A stretch of 64,000 bases of DNA, from assembly GCF_009914755.1 (NCBI RefSeq), contig NC_060932.1; one strand, 5' to 3'. Position numbers and translations under genes: made by a program. Below, in pieces: positions 1 through 14,375 of the stretch (positions are counted from its first letter, which is position 1; each line of letters begins with the position of its first letter). The notes below the pieces were generated by a model. The model saw only the letters and a list, made by a program, of their open reading frames with translations, was not told the DNA's origin and made no database searches. This DNA is from the human T2T-CHM13v2.0 reference genome, Homo sapiens.

Positions 1-2334
1 AAATCTTTTTCTTGGCACTGACCCTTAAAAATGCATGTGATTCATATTATACTGTTTAACCAAGAAAAACATATGTCTCTGATTTAAATTAAAAAGGAAA
101 AAGAAAAAAAAGAAATAGTCAAAATTAAAATTAGAAAAAGCCCCTTTGTGTAATAGCTCAAAGATGAGTAAAATGCAAGAGTTTTGACGTTTCTCAAGCC
201 ACTGTTGAATAGACATCTTCACGCTGTCTAGCACATGGACCCTTCAGAATGAGAAATCTAGCATTTTTCTCTATATTTCTACCCAGATAAAAAGTCCTGT
301 CTCAGTAGGAAGATCTGATTGTTCTAGGGTTTTATGAAAAATGAAATACAAGCCTTTTGTGATCTATCTTGACTGGCAGTACCTCTGTTTGCAGTGTCAG
401 AGAATGGATAAAATGGGATTTAGCTGCCTACCTTAAACTCCAGGAAGTGACTGAGGACAGATACAATCCGTCATTATTTTCCCTCCTCCTCCTTCTCCCT
501 TAACCCCAGCCTTTTGTCATATCCTCAAGGGCTACATGGATTATTTTACTTTGCTTGTTATTCTGGAACAAAACACCATAGGTCAAATTCCAAATGGCCA
601 TTTGAAAGTCCCAGAGGTAACTGAAACCAGAACCCTCTGTCTGAATTTGGAATGTCTCACATACACACAAAAAAATAGCTTTGTCAATTAGTTTTTCTTC
701 TTTCTACAGGGTAGAGGTGATAAGCTAACTTGCAGCATTAGTATGTGAAGTGCTTGTAATCTCAAAAGCAAATGTAGAATTCTGATGCTACGGCTGAATT
801 CATCACGTGCTATGTTATATAAACACAAATGGGATTCCCTGTTTATTAGTAGGGCTTAAAAGGAGATTATCATAAGCTAAAGTGAAGAATGGCATTCTTA
901 AAATAATTATTTGGGGTTTGTTAGTTACTTTAATGAGTGCAGCCGTGAAATTTTCCAAAATTAAAATGTATATATATTTTTTCTTCTGACAGTTATTTTT
1001 CAAACAAACACAGCCTACAATACATTTTCAATAATTCTAAGAAAGAAATAGACTTGAATCCTAGCACTGCCGGGCCTCTGCCTCTCTCTTACTCTCCTAC
1101 ATCTGTCTTCAGGATCTGTGTTGATTTTAGCATCTACAGATCCCTTTATCTCAATCTTTTCATCTCTCCTCTATCTCTAGTTTTTTTATGTTGAGCATCT
1201 GGGCCTCCCAGGGCTCCATAGTCCTTTCACTAAAGATCACAATCATTTTATTTGAGTCTTACTATGAAAAAGATGAAATAGCAATAGGACACAGAATTTC
1301 TATTTGGGACAAACATCATTACTATAATTTTATGTAGGACTTATTATTAAAATTTTCCCTTGTTTTAGGCAAAATATCCAAGCTGAAATGATACCATATG
1401 TGGCATAGTAAAATACCCTTGTAGGCTTACAGAAGGCAAGCATTTTAATTATTCATGATAGTTTCATTGCAATCCTTTACGTATTCAATCCTTAAGTATT
1501 TAAAAATAAAATGAAAAAATTATCCTTGGACTTCAGAGCAACCACAAAAAATACTTTTTAAACCGTTTATTTGACATCTTCTTTTTTCCTTGAAATTATC
1601 TGTCAAAATGAGTTTGCTTAGGGGAGAGGAAGTAGAGACTAGGAGGATGGAAAATAGGAGAGAAGTGTCTTGAGGTTGCAAGTTTGGTTCAATAGGACAG
1701 AAGCCCTGAGTCAGGCCCAAGCCTTGGAATCCTCCATGCAGCCCTGGCCAGACTTCTGCCCAACACCTGGCAAAGGGGAACTCAATGCCTCTGGAAAGGT
1801 TGCTCAATGAAGTAAGGAGGAACATATTCTCTCATATCAGACCCTAGTTATCCTGAAGGACTCTGCAGTACCTACTTCCTGGACAGAGAAACCTCCACCT
1901 CTAACTGGGTAAGGAGGAGATAGAACTGAGATGAGAGCCCTAACCCTTCTAATTCATGTGAGCATGACTTTGGGTATAATTTAAAGGTGATAAAATACCA
2001 CTTTGAGGTTATTGATAGAGTTCACACAGTGGCGTAGATGAGTAGTTCAGGCAAAGATCATCAACAAGGTGGTGGCTAAGGTGGATATGCTAGGAGGATG
2101 GAGGACAGAGTACATAGTAATGTCTGGGCAGGCTCAAGACTTGCACTGGCACCTACCTGGCAACCATGTCACTGGTTCTTTCTAGCCATTGCTGCAGCCC
2201 CACCAGACTCTTGGTGACTGATCTGACTTCTCCAAGCCAAGTTGCCAGATGATGCCTAATGACTCTTCTTTCCTGCCAGACTAGGGCTTCCGTGGCTATG
2301 ACCAAAAAGAGAATGAGGAATAGCTGTCAATGCC

Positions 2335-2535
2335 AACTAGCATTCATATAGCACCTTGGAGTTTTCAACATGTTTTCATATACAGTATTTCAGTTACTCT
2401 TCATCACATCTTAGTAAGGAATGTTAGGCAAAAGGTAATATACACATTTCAAAAATGAGGAAACTGAGTCACAATGTGGCTAGTTGATTTATCAATATCC
2501 TAAAGGTAATGAGATTTAAACCAAGTGATTCTCGT
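2335..2535 (-). mobile_element. MIR fragment
   Basis: MIR-like core catttcaaaaatgaggaaactgagtcaca...gagatttaaaccaag. Confidence 0.6.
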
Positions 2536-3189
2536 TTAATTTTTTTTTATTTAAGGTTTATGTGGTTCCATATGCACATACTATAAATATGCAGCTGTAG
2601 GTTCTATCATGACACAAAACATTTCTGGTATTAGGTACCTTTGGTCTTTGAAACAATCAAAGTCTTTAGAGTTCAGCTGTGGCTCAGCAAAGGCATAAAG
2701 ATTTTTAGCTTCTCTGTTAAAAATATTTTCAGTTTTGTTTTTGACAAATGAATAAGTAGGTGTCCAGAGCTCAGTGTAATATGTGAAGAAAATATGAAAG
2801 AAATTATAGACAGAAGCAGATGATAATTAAATGCTGAAATCATAATTAAATCCTGAAATCAAAAGATGAAGGTGCATAAGCAAAGTTCTAGGCAAGGAAG
2901 TTCATATTTTTTATCATAGTTTGTTGTCATTAGAGAAATGAAATTTAATTAGAAAATAAGAGAAGTTACATACCCATGTCAAACAATGGATATTTAGCTT
3001 TTTACTTACTAGAATGAAATATATCCAAAGGAAAGGCTACTGTAGTTGAGAGAAGTAAGCAAAAATATTGGTCTTCTGGGCTCTGGATGAATTTATAAAG
3101 GATCCGAAAGCATTCCAATAGGAGTCCTACTGATTTTTTTTTTTCAAATAGGTAACTGTACTATTTCTTGATTGACACTTAAAATGCCA

Positions 3190-3920
3190 GGTTTACTATT
3201 TGCTAAATACTTATAATGTACTCAGTTTTGTGTCAGAGCTCACTATTCTGTTCCCGTGGTAAACTGTCTTTTCTAGTATTAAGTATTATTAACACGTTAT
3301 CTTAATTCTTGTATACTTAGATATATTTGAAAATGTAAAAGTGCAGGTCTTCTCTGTTCTCTCTCTCTCTTTTGTTTTTGTTTTTTGTATGTTTGTTTTG
3401 TTTTTTTGGTGGAGATAGGGTTTCACTGTGTTGCCCAGGCTGGTTTCAAACTCCTGAGCTCAGGTGATCCATCCACTTTAGCCTTCCAAAGTGCTGGGAT
3501 TACAGGCGAGAGCCACAGCACCTGTCTTGATTGTTCTTCTTTAGCAGAGATTTTTGCCCTTAGTTTGCCGTGTTTGCATAAGTTTTATAATTGTTTTTTT
3601 CAATTCTGGGAAAAACTTTTATTGGAATTTTCATTAAATTTATAAAGTAATTTTGAGAGAATTGTCATCTTGGTAATATTTTTCCTTCCCATGCAGGCAC
3701 AAATATATTTTTTCATTTATTCAAGCTTATTTTTATGTCTCATTAAATATTTTTATGATACCTCATATAGGTTCAAAACATTTCTTGTTAAATCAGGTCA
3801 TATATATTTTATATTTTTGTTGTTTTATAAATGGCCACCCTCTCTAACTTCCTAACATAATGTTGGTGGTATATTGGAAAATGATTAATTTTTGTATACA
3901 CATTTGGTAACTAGATTAGC
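3190..3920 (-). mobile_element. Old L1 (L1M) ORF2 fragment, interrupted by an Alu monomer
   Basis: Degenerate antisense L1 ORF2 wording (caattctgggaaaaac...attaaatttataaagtaattttgagaga...cccatgcaggcac). Confidence 0.65.
3370..3526 (-). mobile_element. Alu left monomer (FLAM-like)
   Basis: T-rich tail, then gagatagggtttcactgtgttgcccaggctgg...gtgctgggattacaggc; single arm only. Confidence 0.85.
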
Positions 3921-5989
3921 TACCATCTTGAGTAGCTGTTCTGTCCGTGACATGCCATTTATCATCCTTTACTGATATTACAGCTTGAACATCGAGAACC
4001 TCTGCACTGTAAGAAACAACCCACCTAATCTCTCTTTTAGGGAAGTTGACCAGCCTGTATATAGTCTTTAATGCCCTGACTATCTTCTCCCATTTTTTTT
4101 ATCTGAACTTTGAAGCTATACTTTACACCTATTGTTGTTACATAAGATTTCAAATTATACTTCATTACCACAAGGCAGTAATAAACTATGACTTACACTT
4201 TAGAACTTGTGTCTGAAGGGAACAAGATCATTTTCCACAAAACCAAACATAGTTTTAAAAAGCTTGAGTAGCAAAATTCCATAAATACAAACATGTAAAA
4301 CATTAGCCTATTCTTACGTATTTTTAACAGAAAAGACACAAACAAGTAAGTAAATAATGTATTTAATTAATTGGCAGTACATTGATATAGGCCAGAAATA
4401 AACTTGATGTTCAGAAAAGGGAGAGGTCAGTGCTCACTGAGTAATCAGATAAAACATCAGCGAGAAGGTGAGACTCAAATGAGTCTCAAAGAATGGGCAA
4501 TTTTAATAAAGGAAAAAGAGAAGAGAAGAACCTGCAGATAATGACCCTACTTTGACTTTTTAAGGAGGCAGCTATGAAGCCTAGTTCCATCAGAGGCCCT
4601 CTTTCATGTCCAGAAGAGGCTGTGGTTTACAGATGGAGGGGTCAGGTCATGCTGACTGCAGTTGGTATTTCACCTTATTTACAGTTTCTCGAATGAATGT
4701 ATAAATAGCAAACTGTGATCTTGCAAATAATCTTGAATCAAGGGGACTTAAAAAAAATTCTTAACAGATTGCTAGAGCTGTGGTAGGTAGAAGCTCCAGG
4801 TCAACTGCTGGTGTACCCCAAATCCACAGAGGTCCCTATTAGTAATCATTTTTTTTCATGATTGTTTTCTATTTTCAGACAGTCCTACCAATCCTTCCTC
4901 CCCATCCCAACCAGAAATAAGGTATAGTGATAAATTATTTTTATTTTGTTTCACGTACCTATAATTTCAAATAGCCATTTTTTTCCTTTGTAGGGATTTT
5001 CTTTTATTTATCTTACTTAGATTGCTAGCGGGAACATTTATATTCCTAATAGAAAGTGGGAGTTAATTTTCTGCCTAATGAAAGGACGAGTACAAAGTAC
5101 ACTGTTCTATTTAAAAAGAAAAGCTGTTTTACTTTGCCCAAAAATATAGTTCTGAACTACAGTTGCCTGAGTGAACATACAGCCCCATTTCTGAAGAACT
5201 GAACTTTGAAATTCTAAAAGCTAGATAAGGGAGAGAAGTTAATGCAGACATTCATGGGGGATAAACAGCACAGTATGTGATTCCTTCTGTCACGAGAATT
5301 AAATTTGATATGACTCATTTCTTTTGCCTGAAGTGGAAAAGTGCAGAGGGAGAGATTAAAAATTGGTCTGTGTTGTGTTTCTCAGATCTGATAGGCATCA
5401 GTTATTATCATGTTGAAGTTGTTCTTTCCCATTTTTATTTACAAAAAGGAAATACTAAATATTGCAAACCAGAAATACTAAATGTTATTTGAGAATTAAT
5501 TAGTTTTGGCAAAGTTCTTATTTTCAAAATAAGTACATCCAAAAGAATGTACTTTCAAAAAGAAAATGAATATGTGCAAAAAAAGCTATTATAGGTGCTT
5601 CCCCTTGGCTGCAGGACAAGAGAGCTCAGGGCCACATGGTATTGTGTGACATCCCTTTGGAATGATTTATCCCGTGACCTGTCAGTTGTGTAATAACACA
5701 TGGAATGTAGTTCTAACAGCCGTGCAGGGTTATTGAATTGACTGAGATCTCTGGGAAACTTTCCTACAATTTCTTTGGATTTCAGTTTGAATTTCTGTTA
5801 TGGATCATACTCACTTTTTAGGACTACCAATTATGCCACAAGCAGCCTAGTTTCTGACAGTATGGGAAGGAGATGTTTTCATCAGTTGTACATGCAGGTT
5901 TCAGAATACTGGCTGTGTATTATTACTCTGTAAGACTGAATGTCTATCTGGGAGACCACTTAGCTTTATTTTATGAACCAAAATAATAA

Positions 5990-6210
5990 TAATAATAATG
6001 TAATAACATAGCTAACATCTATGGAGCCATTACCAGTTTCCAGGTACAATCCTAAGTACTTTTATTTTAGTAATGTATTCTATCCTAATCTTCTTGGGGT
6101 AGATTCAGTGATTATCACTGTAAGTGTAACAGGAAACGAAGACAAAAAATGTCAGCTAACGCCCTCAAGGTCACACAGCTGAGATGTGGATAGCGATCTT
6201 AAGTTGATCC
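5990..6210 (-). mobile_element. MIR fragment
   Basis: aataacatagctaacatctatggagc...ccctcaaggtcacacagct. Confidence 0.6.
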
Positions 6211-6319
6211 CTGTGAATTGCTTTCTGGTCCTCCTTGGCATGAAGCTATTATAGTTTCTAGTCAATTTCTTGAGAAGATGACAAAAATTATGGCTGAGAA
6301 GACAGAAAATATATTGAAG

Positions 6320-6775
6320 GATTTGTTAGTTGTAATCGTTATCTACTGTGGAAGTTTCTGTGGGTCAGGAATCCAAGGGTGGCTTAAGTGGGTGATTCCT
6401 ATTCAGAGATTATCATGAGATTGTAGTCATTTTAAGGTCCTTGAGGAGTTGCTTTTGAGCTCACTTACATGGCTGCTGACACATTCCAAGGAAATAGAGT
6501 CAGCTATGTGGCTTCCATTTGTCACCACATGGGCCTCTCCATAGGGCTGCTCCTATGATATAGTAGCTGGCTTTCTCTAAAGAAGTGATTGTAAAGAGAG
6601 AGATGGGCTGGGCGTGGTGGCTCACGCCTGTAATCCCAGCACTTTGGGAGGCCTAAGTGGGCAGATCACTTCTGCCATGTTCTATTACTAGAAGTAAGTC
6701 AATAAGTCCAGCCCACACTCAGTGGGAGCGGAATTAAACTCCACTTGTGTGTATGTATCTTTAAAACTACCATAG
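6320..6775 (-). mobile_element. MLT1-type MaLR LTR containing a 66-bp Alu 5' fragment
   Basis: gtgggtcaggaatcc...gggcctctccatagggctgct...aagtccagcccacactcag...aaactaccata. Confidence 0.7.
6606..6671 (+). mobile_element. Alu 5' fragment (3'-truncated, no tail)
   Basis: ggctgggcgtggtggctcacgcctgtaatcccagcactttgggaggcc...gcagatcactt, then abrupt return to MLT1 sequence. Confidence 0.9.
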
Positions 6776-6791
6776 TGGTCAACTTTTAACT

Positions 6792-6830
6792 GTGTGTGTG
6801 TGAGTGTGTGTGTGTGTGTGTTTGTGTGTG
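6792..6830. repeat. Interrupted (TG)n microsatellite
   Basis: Directly visible. Confidence 0.9.
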
Positions 6831-6956
6831 GTGGAGTGGTGGAAGAAAATCTTTATCTGTTTTTTCCCTCCATTTATATCTACCCCATTAAAAGAAATCA
6901 AATTGATTTTTGAAACTCTGACATACATGCCTATCCCTTATATTAGTTGAATGCTT

Positions 6957-7339
6957 CTAATGTGGTTTGGCTGTGCCCTCACCCAAAATCTCACTTTGAA
7001 TTGTAATCCCTACAATCCCCATAATCCCCTTGTGTCAAGGATGGGACCAGGTGGAGGTAATGGGATCATAGGGACTGTTTCCTCCATGCTGTTCTCGTGA
7101 TAGTGAATGTGTCTCACGAGATCTGATGGTTTTATAAGCATCTGGCATTTCCCCTTCTTGCACTCCATCCTGCCACCCTGTGAAGAAGGTGCCTGATTGT
7201 CCTTTGCCTTCTGCCATGATTGTAAGTTTCCTGAGGCCTCCCCAGCAATGTGGAACTGTGAGTCAATTAAATGTCTTTTCTTTATAAATGACTTAATCTT
7301 GGGTATTTCTTCATAGCAATGTGAGAACAGACTAATACA
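6957..7339 (+). mobile_element. THE1 (THE1D-like) solo LTR
   Basis: tggtttggctgtgccctcacccaaaatctca...gtaagtttcctgaggcctccccagc...gtgagaacagactaataca. Confidence 0.9.
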
Positions 7340-8524
7340 GTAAAAATTCTGAAAGATAATGAGAATCAATTATGTTTTATCTTTAGAACTAAGCCACATA
7401 TACAAATGTATATATAATGAATATATATCAATAGAGCCAAAACACATATAACAAGATGAAAAATACATTTTCCTGAGTTTGAGTTAATATTAAATATGGT
7501 CACCCTAAAACAAGTTTTTAAAGAAGTATTTTTAAACTATCAGCTTTCAAACAAAGAGGGTTCCAGATTTTAATGTCTGAAAATCCATGTCCCTGAAAAA
7601 CAACTCAGTTTATTCACGGGTTCAGCAGAAATTCCATTCTAGGAAATGAAAGGAATCTAAGTTTTGCAACACAATGCCCTCAAGAGTCTCACCATAAAGC
7701 AAAATGGGTAATTTAGGACTATCTGCCATCCAAAACTTTAAGTAGATTTCATAAGAAAGGTTTAAACAACATGTGGTAAGACTAATAAATAGGAAAGCAT
7801 CGCTTTGTCCAGTAAATCTGGAAAGTTATCATGGAGTAAACAGTATTGAAGATAAACTTCAAAGAGTGGAAGGTTTATGGCCGAAGATTGCTGGGAAATA
7901 ATGAGAATGAAAGTCACTTCAAGGAAAAGAAGTAATAGAAACAAAAGTGTGAGAAACACAATGCATTTTCATAGAAATTTGGGGAATACAGAGTGTTTGA
8001 AGCATTAAGCAATTTTGGACATTGTGAGTGTCCAGGCTGACAGGCAAATTGGCTGAGAAATTTAGCATTTAATCATTAAGTAGCAGAGGTATATTGGAAG
8101 TTTTTGAATAATGGAAATAAAGTTGGTCACATGAGGGTCACTTAGGAAAGCTTTACTTCTCTCATATCTACTTATTTGTTTCCCAACTGTCACCTCTAAA
8201 ATGAGGATAATGTTTAGTCATAATATTGATCTTTATTGTTTATTTGTAAGTTTCCTACTTACATAATATGTAGCTATTCTACATATTATGCCATTTTGTG
8301 TATATTTTTATATATTCTAGGTATTTCTATGAATTCTAGAGGGTTTTTCACAATTTTCAACAAATATTACCTATTCCCATATATAAAAAAATGTAATAGA
8401 ACCAAGAATTTTTCTCATTTTAAAAAATGTCATTCTTGATCTGATTTTTTTTTTGGTTGTTGACAGTCACAGAAGGAATTAAGAAAGACAAAGTTTAGGT
8501 TATTAGTACTGAATGCTGTCCTAG

Positions 8525-8857
<333 letters not shown>

Positions 8858-9399
8858 TGATAAAGTTTTATGTTTATCCAAACATAGCAGCTAAAGGCCA
8901 AGAATTTTTGGTTTATAATGACAGGCAAAATGGCAATTATGCAAAATGTTCAGAAAATATTTGTAAGGATTTTTCCTGGTTTTCTCAGGAGCATCAGAAG
9001 ACATAGCTTATCACTCTCTTCCTTACATGGTCATGTAGTTTTTCTATATTACTTTGAATATCAGCATTTCAATGAAATAAAATTGAGGTGGGTGAGGGGT
9101 TAATACATAGGTTTTTTCTCTATTGTGGGAGAGAAATGTCCCTTGATTTTCTTCATCATTCAGTCAAATATGAGCATTAATAGCTATAATAGCTATCTAA
9201 CTATAATAAACATTGATAGCATCATAATTTCCATTTTCATAAAAAACATTGGCTAAGTATCACATCTATCAAATTTTCTTTGTAACATACAATATTTAAA
9301 ATGATGTTTTAACAGTAAATAAATATTTTAAATGAAAAAGAAATGACCTATGTGATTATTAACCCCCGCAAAAGGTGATTGTCATATTTGTACCCCCTT

Positions 9400-10245
9400 T
9401 AGATCTTTGTTGCCTTGTGCTCTTTGCTTTATTCTCTACGATCAAGTCAGTCACCTACTCCTAATGATTTTGTCCTTAATGTTGGTCACGTCCATCTTCT
9501 TCCCTCGCAACCCACTGTCTGGGCCACATGAGGCAGAGCCTCCTTGACTCGCACAGGGATTCCTTGTCACAGCACCGAAGTCATTATTTTTCATCCAGTG
9601 TTGTCTACAGACCATGCTCCATCCTGCTGGATGAGACATCTTTCCAAAAAATAAGACTGTCCCTCACCTCCTTAAAACCTTACATTGGCTCCTCATTGAC
9701 CTCAGGACAAAGTCTAGACTCTTTGCCCAGAGCACACAGGCCCACCCAAATCTGAGCCTTCCCTGCTCATCTGGTACCCTCCCCATCTCTCTAGTTCCAC
9801 CTCGTGCCAGTCCTTACCAGATGATTTTCTCTCCAGCTATGCTCAGCCATTTGCACTTCTCTGAGTTCCCCACCATCTCTGTCTCCCAACTGGATCTTGC
9901 CATATAGTGATCCTTGCTTGTGGATGACATCATTCTGCCCTCCCTAGGTCCTTCCTCAGGGCTCCTCCAGTTACCTACTTGCTCTTCATCTGGCTGGTCC
10001 TCTAATATTCCTGGTGATACTACGGGACTTAGCTTAACTGTCACTTCCCCTAGGAATCCTTTCTTGATCCTCCAAGTGGGGTGTCGGTGGGGGTAGAGGG
10101 GAGATTAGGTGTTTTCAAACCGCCTCTTGCACATCCCCATGGTAGCTCCTTTTACTTTTTACTTGTCTGTCATCCCAACTGTCTTGAAGTGTCTTCTCTC
10201 TCACTGTATCACCGACAGCTACTAGTTAAGGCACTCAGTTAATTT
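9400..10245 (+). mobile_element. L2 3' region, degenerate
   Basis: ccttaaaaccttacattggctcctcattgacctcaggacaaagtc..., ends taaggcactcagttaatt. Confidence 0.6.
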
Positions 10246-12895
10246 TTAAAAATATATATCGGCTCCCAGGGGAGCTGCGGATGTGATGAAGATCACTGAT
10301 GATCATGAATCAATCACCCGGAAAGGAAGAGCGACTTGGCGACCACAATCCAATTCTGGACAGATGGACAGCCCAGATGGGTGTCCCTTCCAAGGGACTA
10401 GGGAGAACGTGAAAAGGGAGCAGATTTCTTGAATACACATCCCCAGACTGTTTCTAAAATTTGGAAGGATTGCTTGTCCAGAGCAACACAATACTCTTTC
10501 TGAACTCACCAACTCATGGGGTGAAAACTGTCTATCTCCATCCTGCCTGAATTCCAGCAGTGCAGGAGGCAATCAGGGCCCCCTGCAATGGGCCAGATGG
10601 AATTTATGGCTAGCTGGGGAGGTCTGGGGAAAAGAAAGGGATTAGCAGTTTTAATCCTAGTGCTCATACAGTTTTGCATTTTGTAAAGAATGCTATTTTT
10701 TTTTTTAATTATAGTCAACATCAACTATTCTCATGGTTGGATTTTTTTCTTCAGTTCATTATGTTGAATTTGCCTTTTAAATGATTTTACCTATGACACA
10801 TCTTTAGTTCATGATCTGCTCTGACATTTTGAGAGCTGTAACCAAGATTATAATGTGGCAGGACATGATAGGCATAGGTGAGTAATATTTTTAGAATTTC
10901 TTAGAAACAGAGGCTGATTTTCATGCTGATAACCTAAAAAGCAAGGAGGAGAAATAGACACATATAGCATAAATATCATATAAAGTGGACAAATAACATA
11001 TTTAATTGTATATTTCTAACAGTTCCAGACACATTTTTTCTCACATAAATATTTTTAATAATGGTTATGCTAAACAGAGACCAATTCTTCCTTAATATAT
11101 AAGGAAATACATGATATTAGAAGAATAAAACTATTTTCACTTCCTTGTTAATTCTGCCTTTGAGTTCTGCATAGGTCATTTATATACATTAAAATATGGA
11201 AAACTACCTCTCACTCCCCAAACTATACAAATCAGAATATGTGGGATAAATGGAGAGATGTCTCCAGAAATAACAATTTCATACTTAGGAAAAACTTGAT
11301 ATGATTCCTAGCTCTGCTACTTGCTAGCATATGCCCAAGTTAATCTTTTTGCCTTCATTTCTTTCATTGTCAGATGTTGGGAGGATAAAATGATATAATG
11401 CATGTAGGGGGTCTAGTACTGCAAGTGGCCCATAATAGGCACAATATAGGCATAATAGTCATGGGACTAGTTATCTTTCTACTTCCAAGGTCATTCTCAA
11501 GTTTCATACTTTGTTATTGGAAACAATTGCTAAACATGTGGCTTGGTGCTTTATATGGATATGATGGATTCTTTCTTACAACAACAACCAAAATATTTTA
11601 TTTCTATAAGGTAGAGGGGAGAATTCAACAGAGCAGCTAACTAATAATCTAAGTAAAAATTTGGAATGTTGACCCTTCAGAGAAAATTTTAACCTTAAGT
11701 CAGAATTTTACATGCTGATTTTTTTAGATAAACAGATAATAAGTGTAAGTGCTTCATGAGACTTCCCTTCATTTTAAGGATATACATTTCAGCTGATCTA
11801 TGACAACCAACTCAATAGTTTAATGAAGCACAGGGGCTTGTTTCTGGGAGAACTTCAGTCTGGTGAATGCATAGAGATGCATGTATTTCCCTGAGTGATT
11901 GACTAAGCTGCTGCTTATGGGAACAGACACATATGATTGCATAGAGGCACAAATGTCTGTTAAGAAAATTATCAAAAGTAAACAGAAATTAATTCATAAA
12001 AATATAAAGGAACAACTAAAAGGGAAGCACAGCACCTAGTCAGCCATCTCCTTGTTAATATGATGAAAACAGATCATCTGCAGTGACAGAACATATACTC
12101 CTACAACATTCTTGGAAGCACAAAGGAGGTATGTGAGACCTAGCTACCAAAACTATAAATAACTCCAGGAGCAGAACTCAGTGTCTCTGAATCCCAGAGA
12201 AAGAAAACAGAAAAAGTAGTCTCAACACTGAGGAAGCATAGGAATCTTTTGAAAAGCAAAAAAGAAACAAACCAAAGGCATGTATGTACAGAGCAGGTGC
12301 CACCTCAAATCCAGTTTAATAGACACAAAAAGCACCTACTGTGTTCAGAGTGTTGCCATGTGCTAGTAATCAAAAGGAATATAATAGGAAACAAAAATTA
12401 GCCTTTGCTCTCCAATCAAATAATATAATAACAGCATTTTCTACTGTCTTGATCATTTTGTTGCAGGTTTATTTTTCAGCAGATAGAAAAAGTGATTATG
12501 TATTTGATAAAGAGAAACAGATTAGGAAATTCTGTGAAGCCCCCTTCCTTGCCCCATGAAGTTAAATGAAAATTAGTCAGATTTGTGGCCTCTTCAAAGA
12601 GAGGAGTGCTGAGTGGAACTGGCCTGTGGCCATAGAGGAAGTATTCCATAGAGAAGTATTCTGTACAATAGATCTGTGGCAGTAGCTGAAAGGGACTGTT
12701 TTCCTTCCTTTAATTGTAACTTTCTACTCCCTTTTATGTTTTCTCATGTAAATCAGAGGCACAATTAAAGCTCAACGAGCTGATGTCAGTAGGAGAATAA
12801 TTTTTTCAAGTTACTCATTTTAGACCAAGTTTTGTGCAAAGTCTGTATTTTATGCAGCCTAAGAGACATTCTGCAGATGAGTCTTAAGAATTTAC

Positions 12896-13069
12896 CTCAC
12901 ACCCGTAATAGGTATACTTATTCTTGTCGGGTGCTGTGTCATACCATGCATCCGTAAGTCGATGCAGAGGTTCATAAAAACGGCACTTACTAAAACCTCC
13001 CTTAGCTATCCTCCACCTTATCCAGAGAAGCTTCTTCTTTTGGAAAATCAAGCAAAACAACTAAGCTAA
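12896..13069 (+). pseudogene. Retroviral env remnant: TM anchor and cytoplasmic tail
   Basis: Translates LTPVIGILILVGCCVIPCIRKSMQRFIKTALTKTSLSYPPPYPEKLLLLENQAKQLS*. Hydrophobic stretch plus GCCxxPCIR immediately 5' of the PPT and LTR. Confidence 0.75.
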
Positions 13070-13168
13070 GACATGTTTAAAAAGTTTGAAAAGAAAGCTG
13101 TAAGGAAATACAAGAGGAAGAGTTGTTAGGTATGAGTTCTAAATTTCTTTTCAAAGAATTAATATGTC

Positions 13169-13713
<545 letters not shown>

Positions 13714-14073
13714 CCCGCCAAAGCACTCACCACTTCATTCTCTTTAAATTAGCCAATCAGAATTAGTTTAGCCTGTGAGGTCTAACCCTAGCCAATAGGG
13801 GAACGACACAGCAGCAGGGGTGACGTGCGTCAGGGATAAGAACCCCTTGCCCTCCCTTCTCCAAGTGTGCACTCCATTGTTCCTTCTATATAGAAGTACC
13901 TTGCTTTGCTGAGAAAAAGAAAATTTAAAAAAAAATAATTAAAAAAAAGAATTTAGCAGGTAGAAAGCAGCAATAAAATTTTCTTCTTCAATTACAAGCC
14001 AAATTATTGGCAACTCTTCCTCTTCGGTTCCCACAATCCTTAAGAGGATCCTTTGAGGGGCACAGATTTACTA

Positions 14074-14375
14074 TAGGTCCACCACTTATCTGCGATTCCA
14101 AAATCCAAAAGCTTCTGAAAATGGAATGTTTTGGTTTTGTTGTTGTTGTTTGGTAAACTTAGCACCAAAGTCCATTTGGTAGCAAAATCTATTTTAATAT
14201 TAAGAATTTTGCTGCAAAACTACCAATATGGTCATTACAGGGTACTGCTCTAGACCCTGCTGTGGGTATTATATAATTACATGACATATGCTAGGTGTTA
14301 CCTCTCTAGACCCTGAAAAATTCTGAACTTTGAAATGTATCTGGCTCAATGGTTTCAATAAAAAATTAAGATGGC
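14074..14375. mobile_element. TcMar-Tigger non-autonomous element (MER46C-like)
   Basis: taggtcccaccacttatctgcgattccaaaatcc...cctgaaaaattctgaactttgaaatgtatctggc. Confidence 0.55.

Noticed and set aside
4860-4930. Possible 43-nt cryptic exon (ttttcag|...AAG|gtatag)
   Set aside because: Weak donor, and such pairs arise often by chance in T-rich introns.
10281-10360. C/D-box snoRNA-like motifs (GTGATGA...CTGA)
   Set aside because: Boxes are too close together, there is no terminal stem or properly placed D box, and I recognise no guide sequence.
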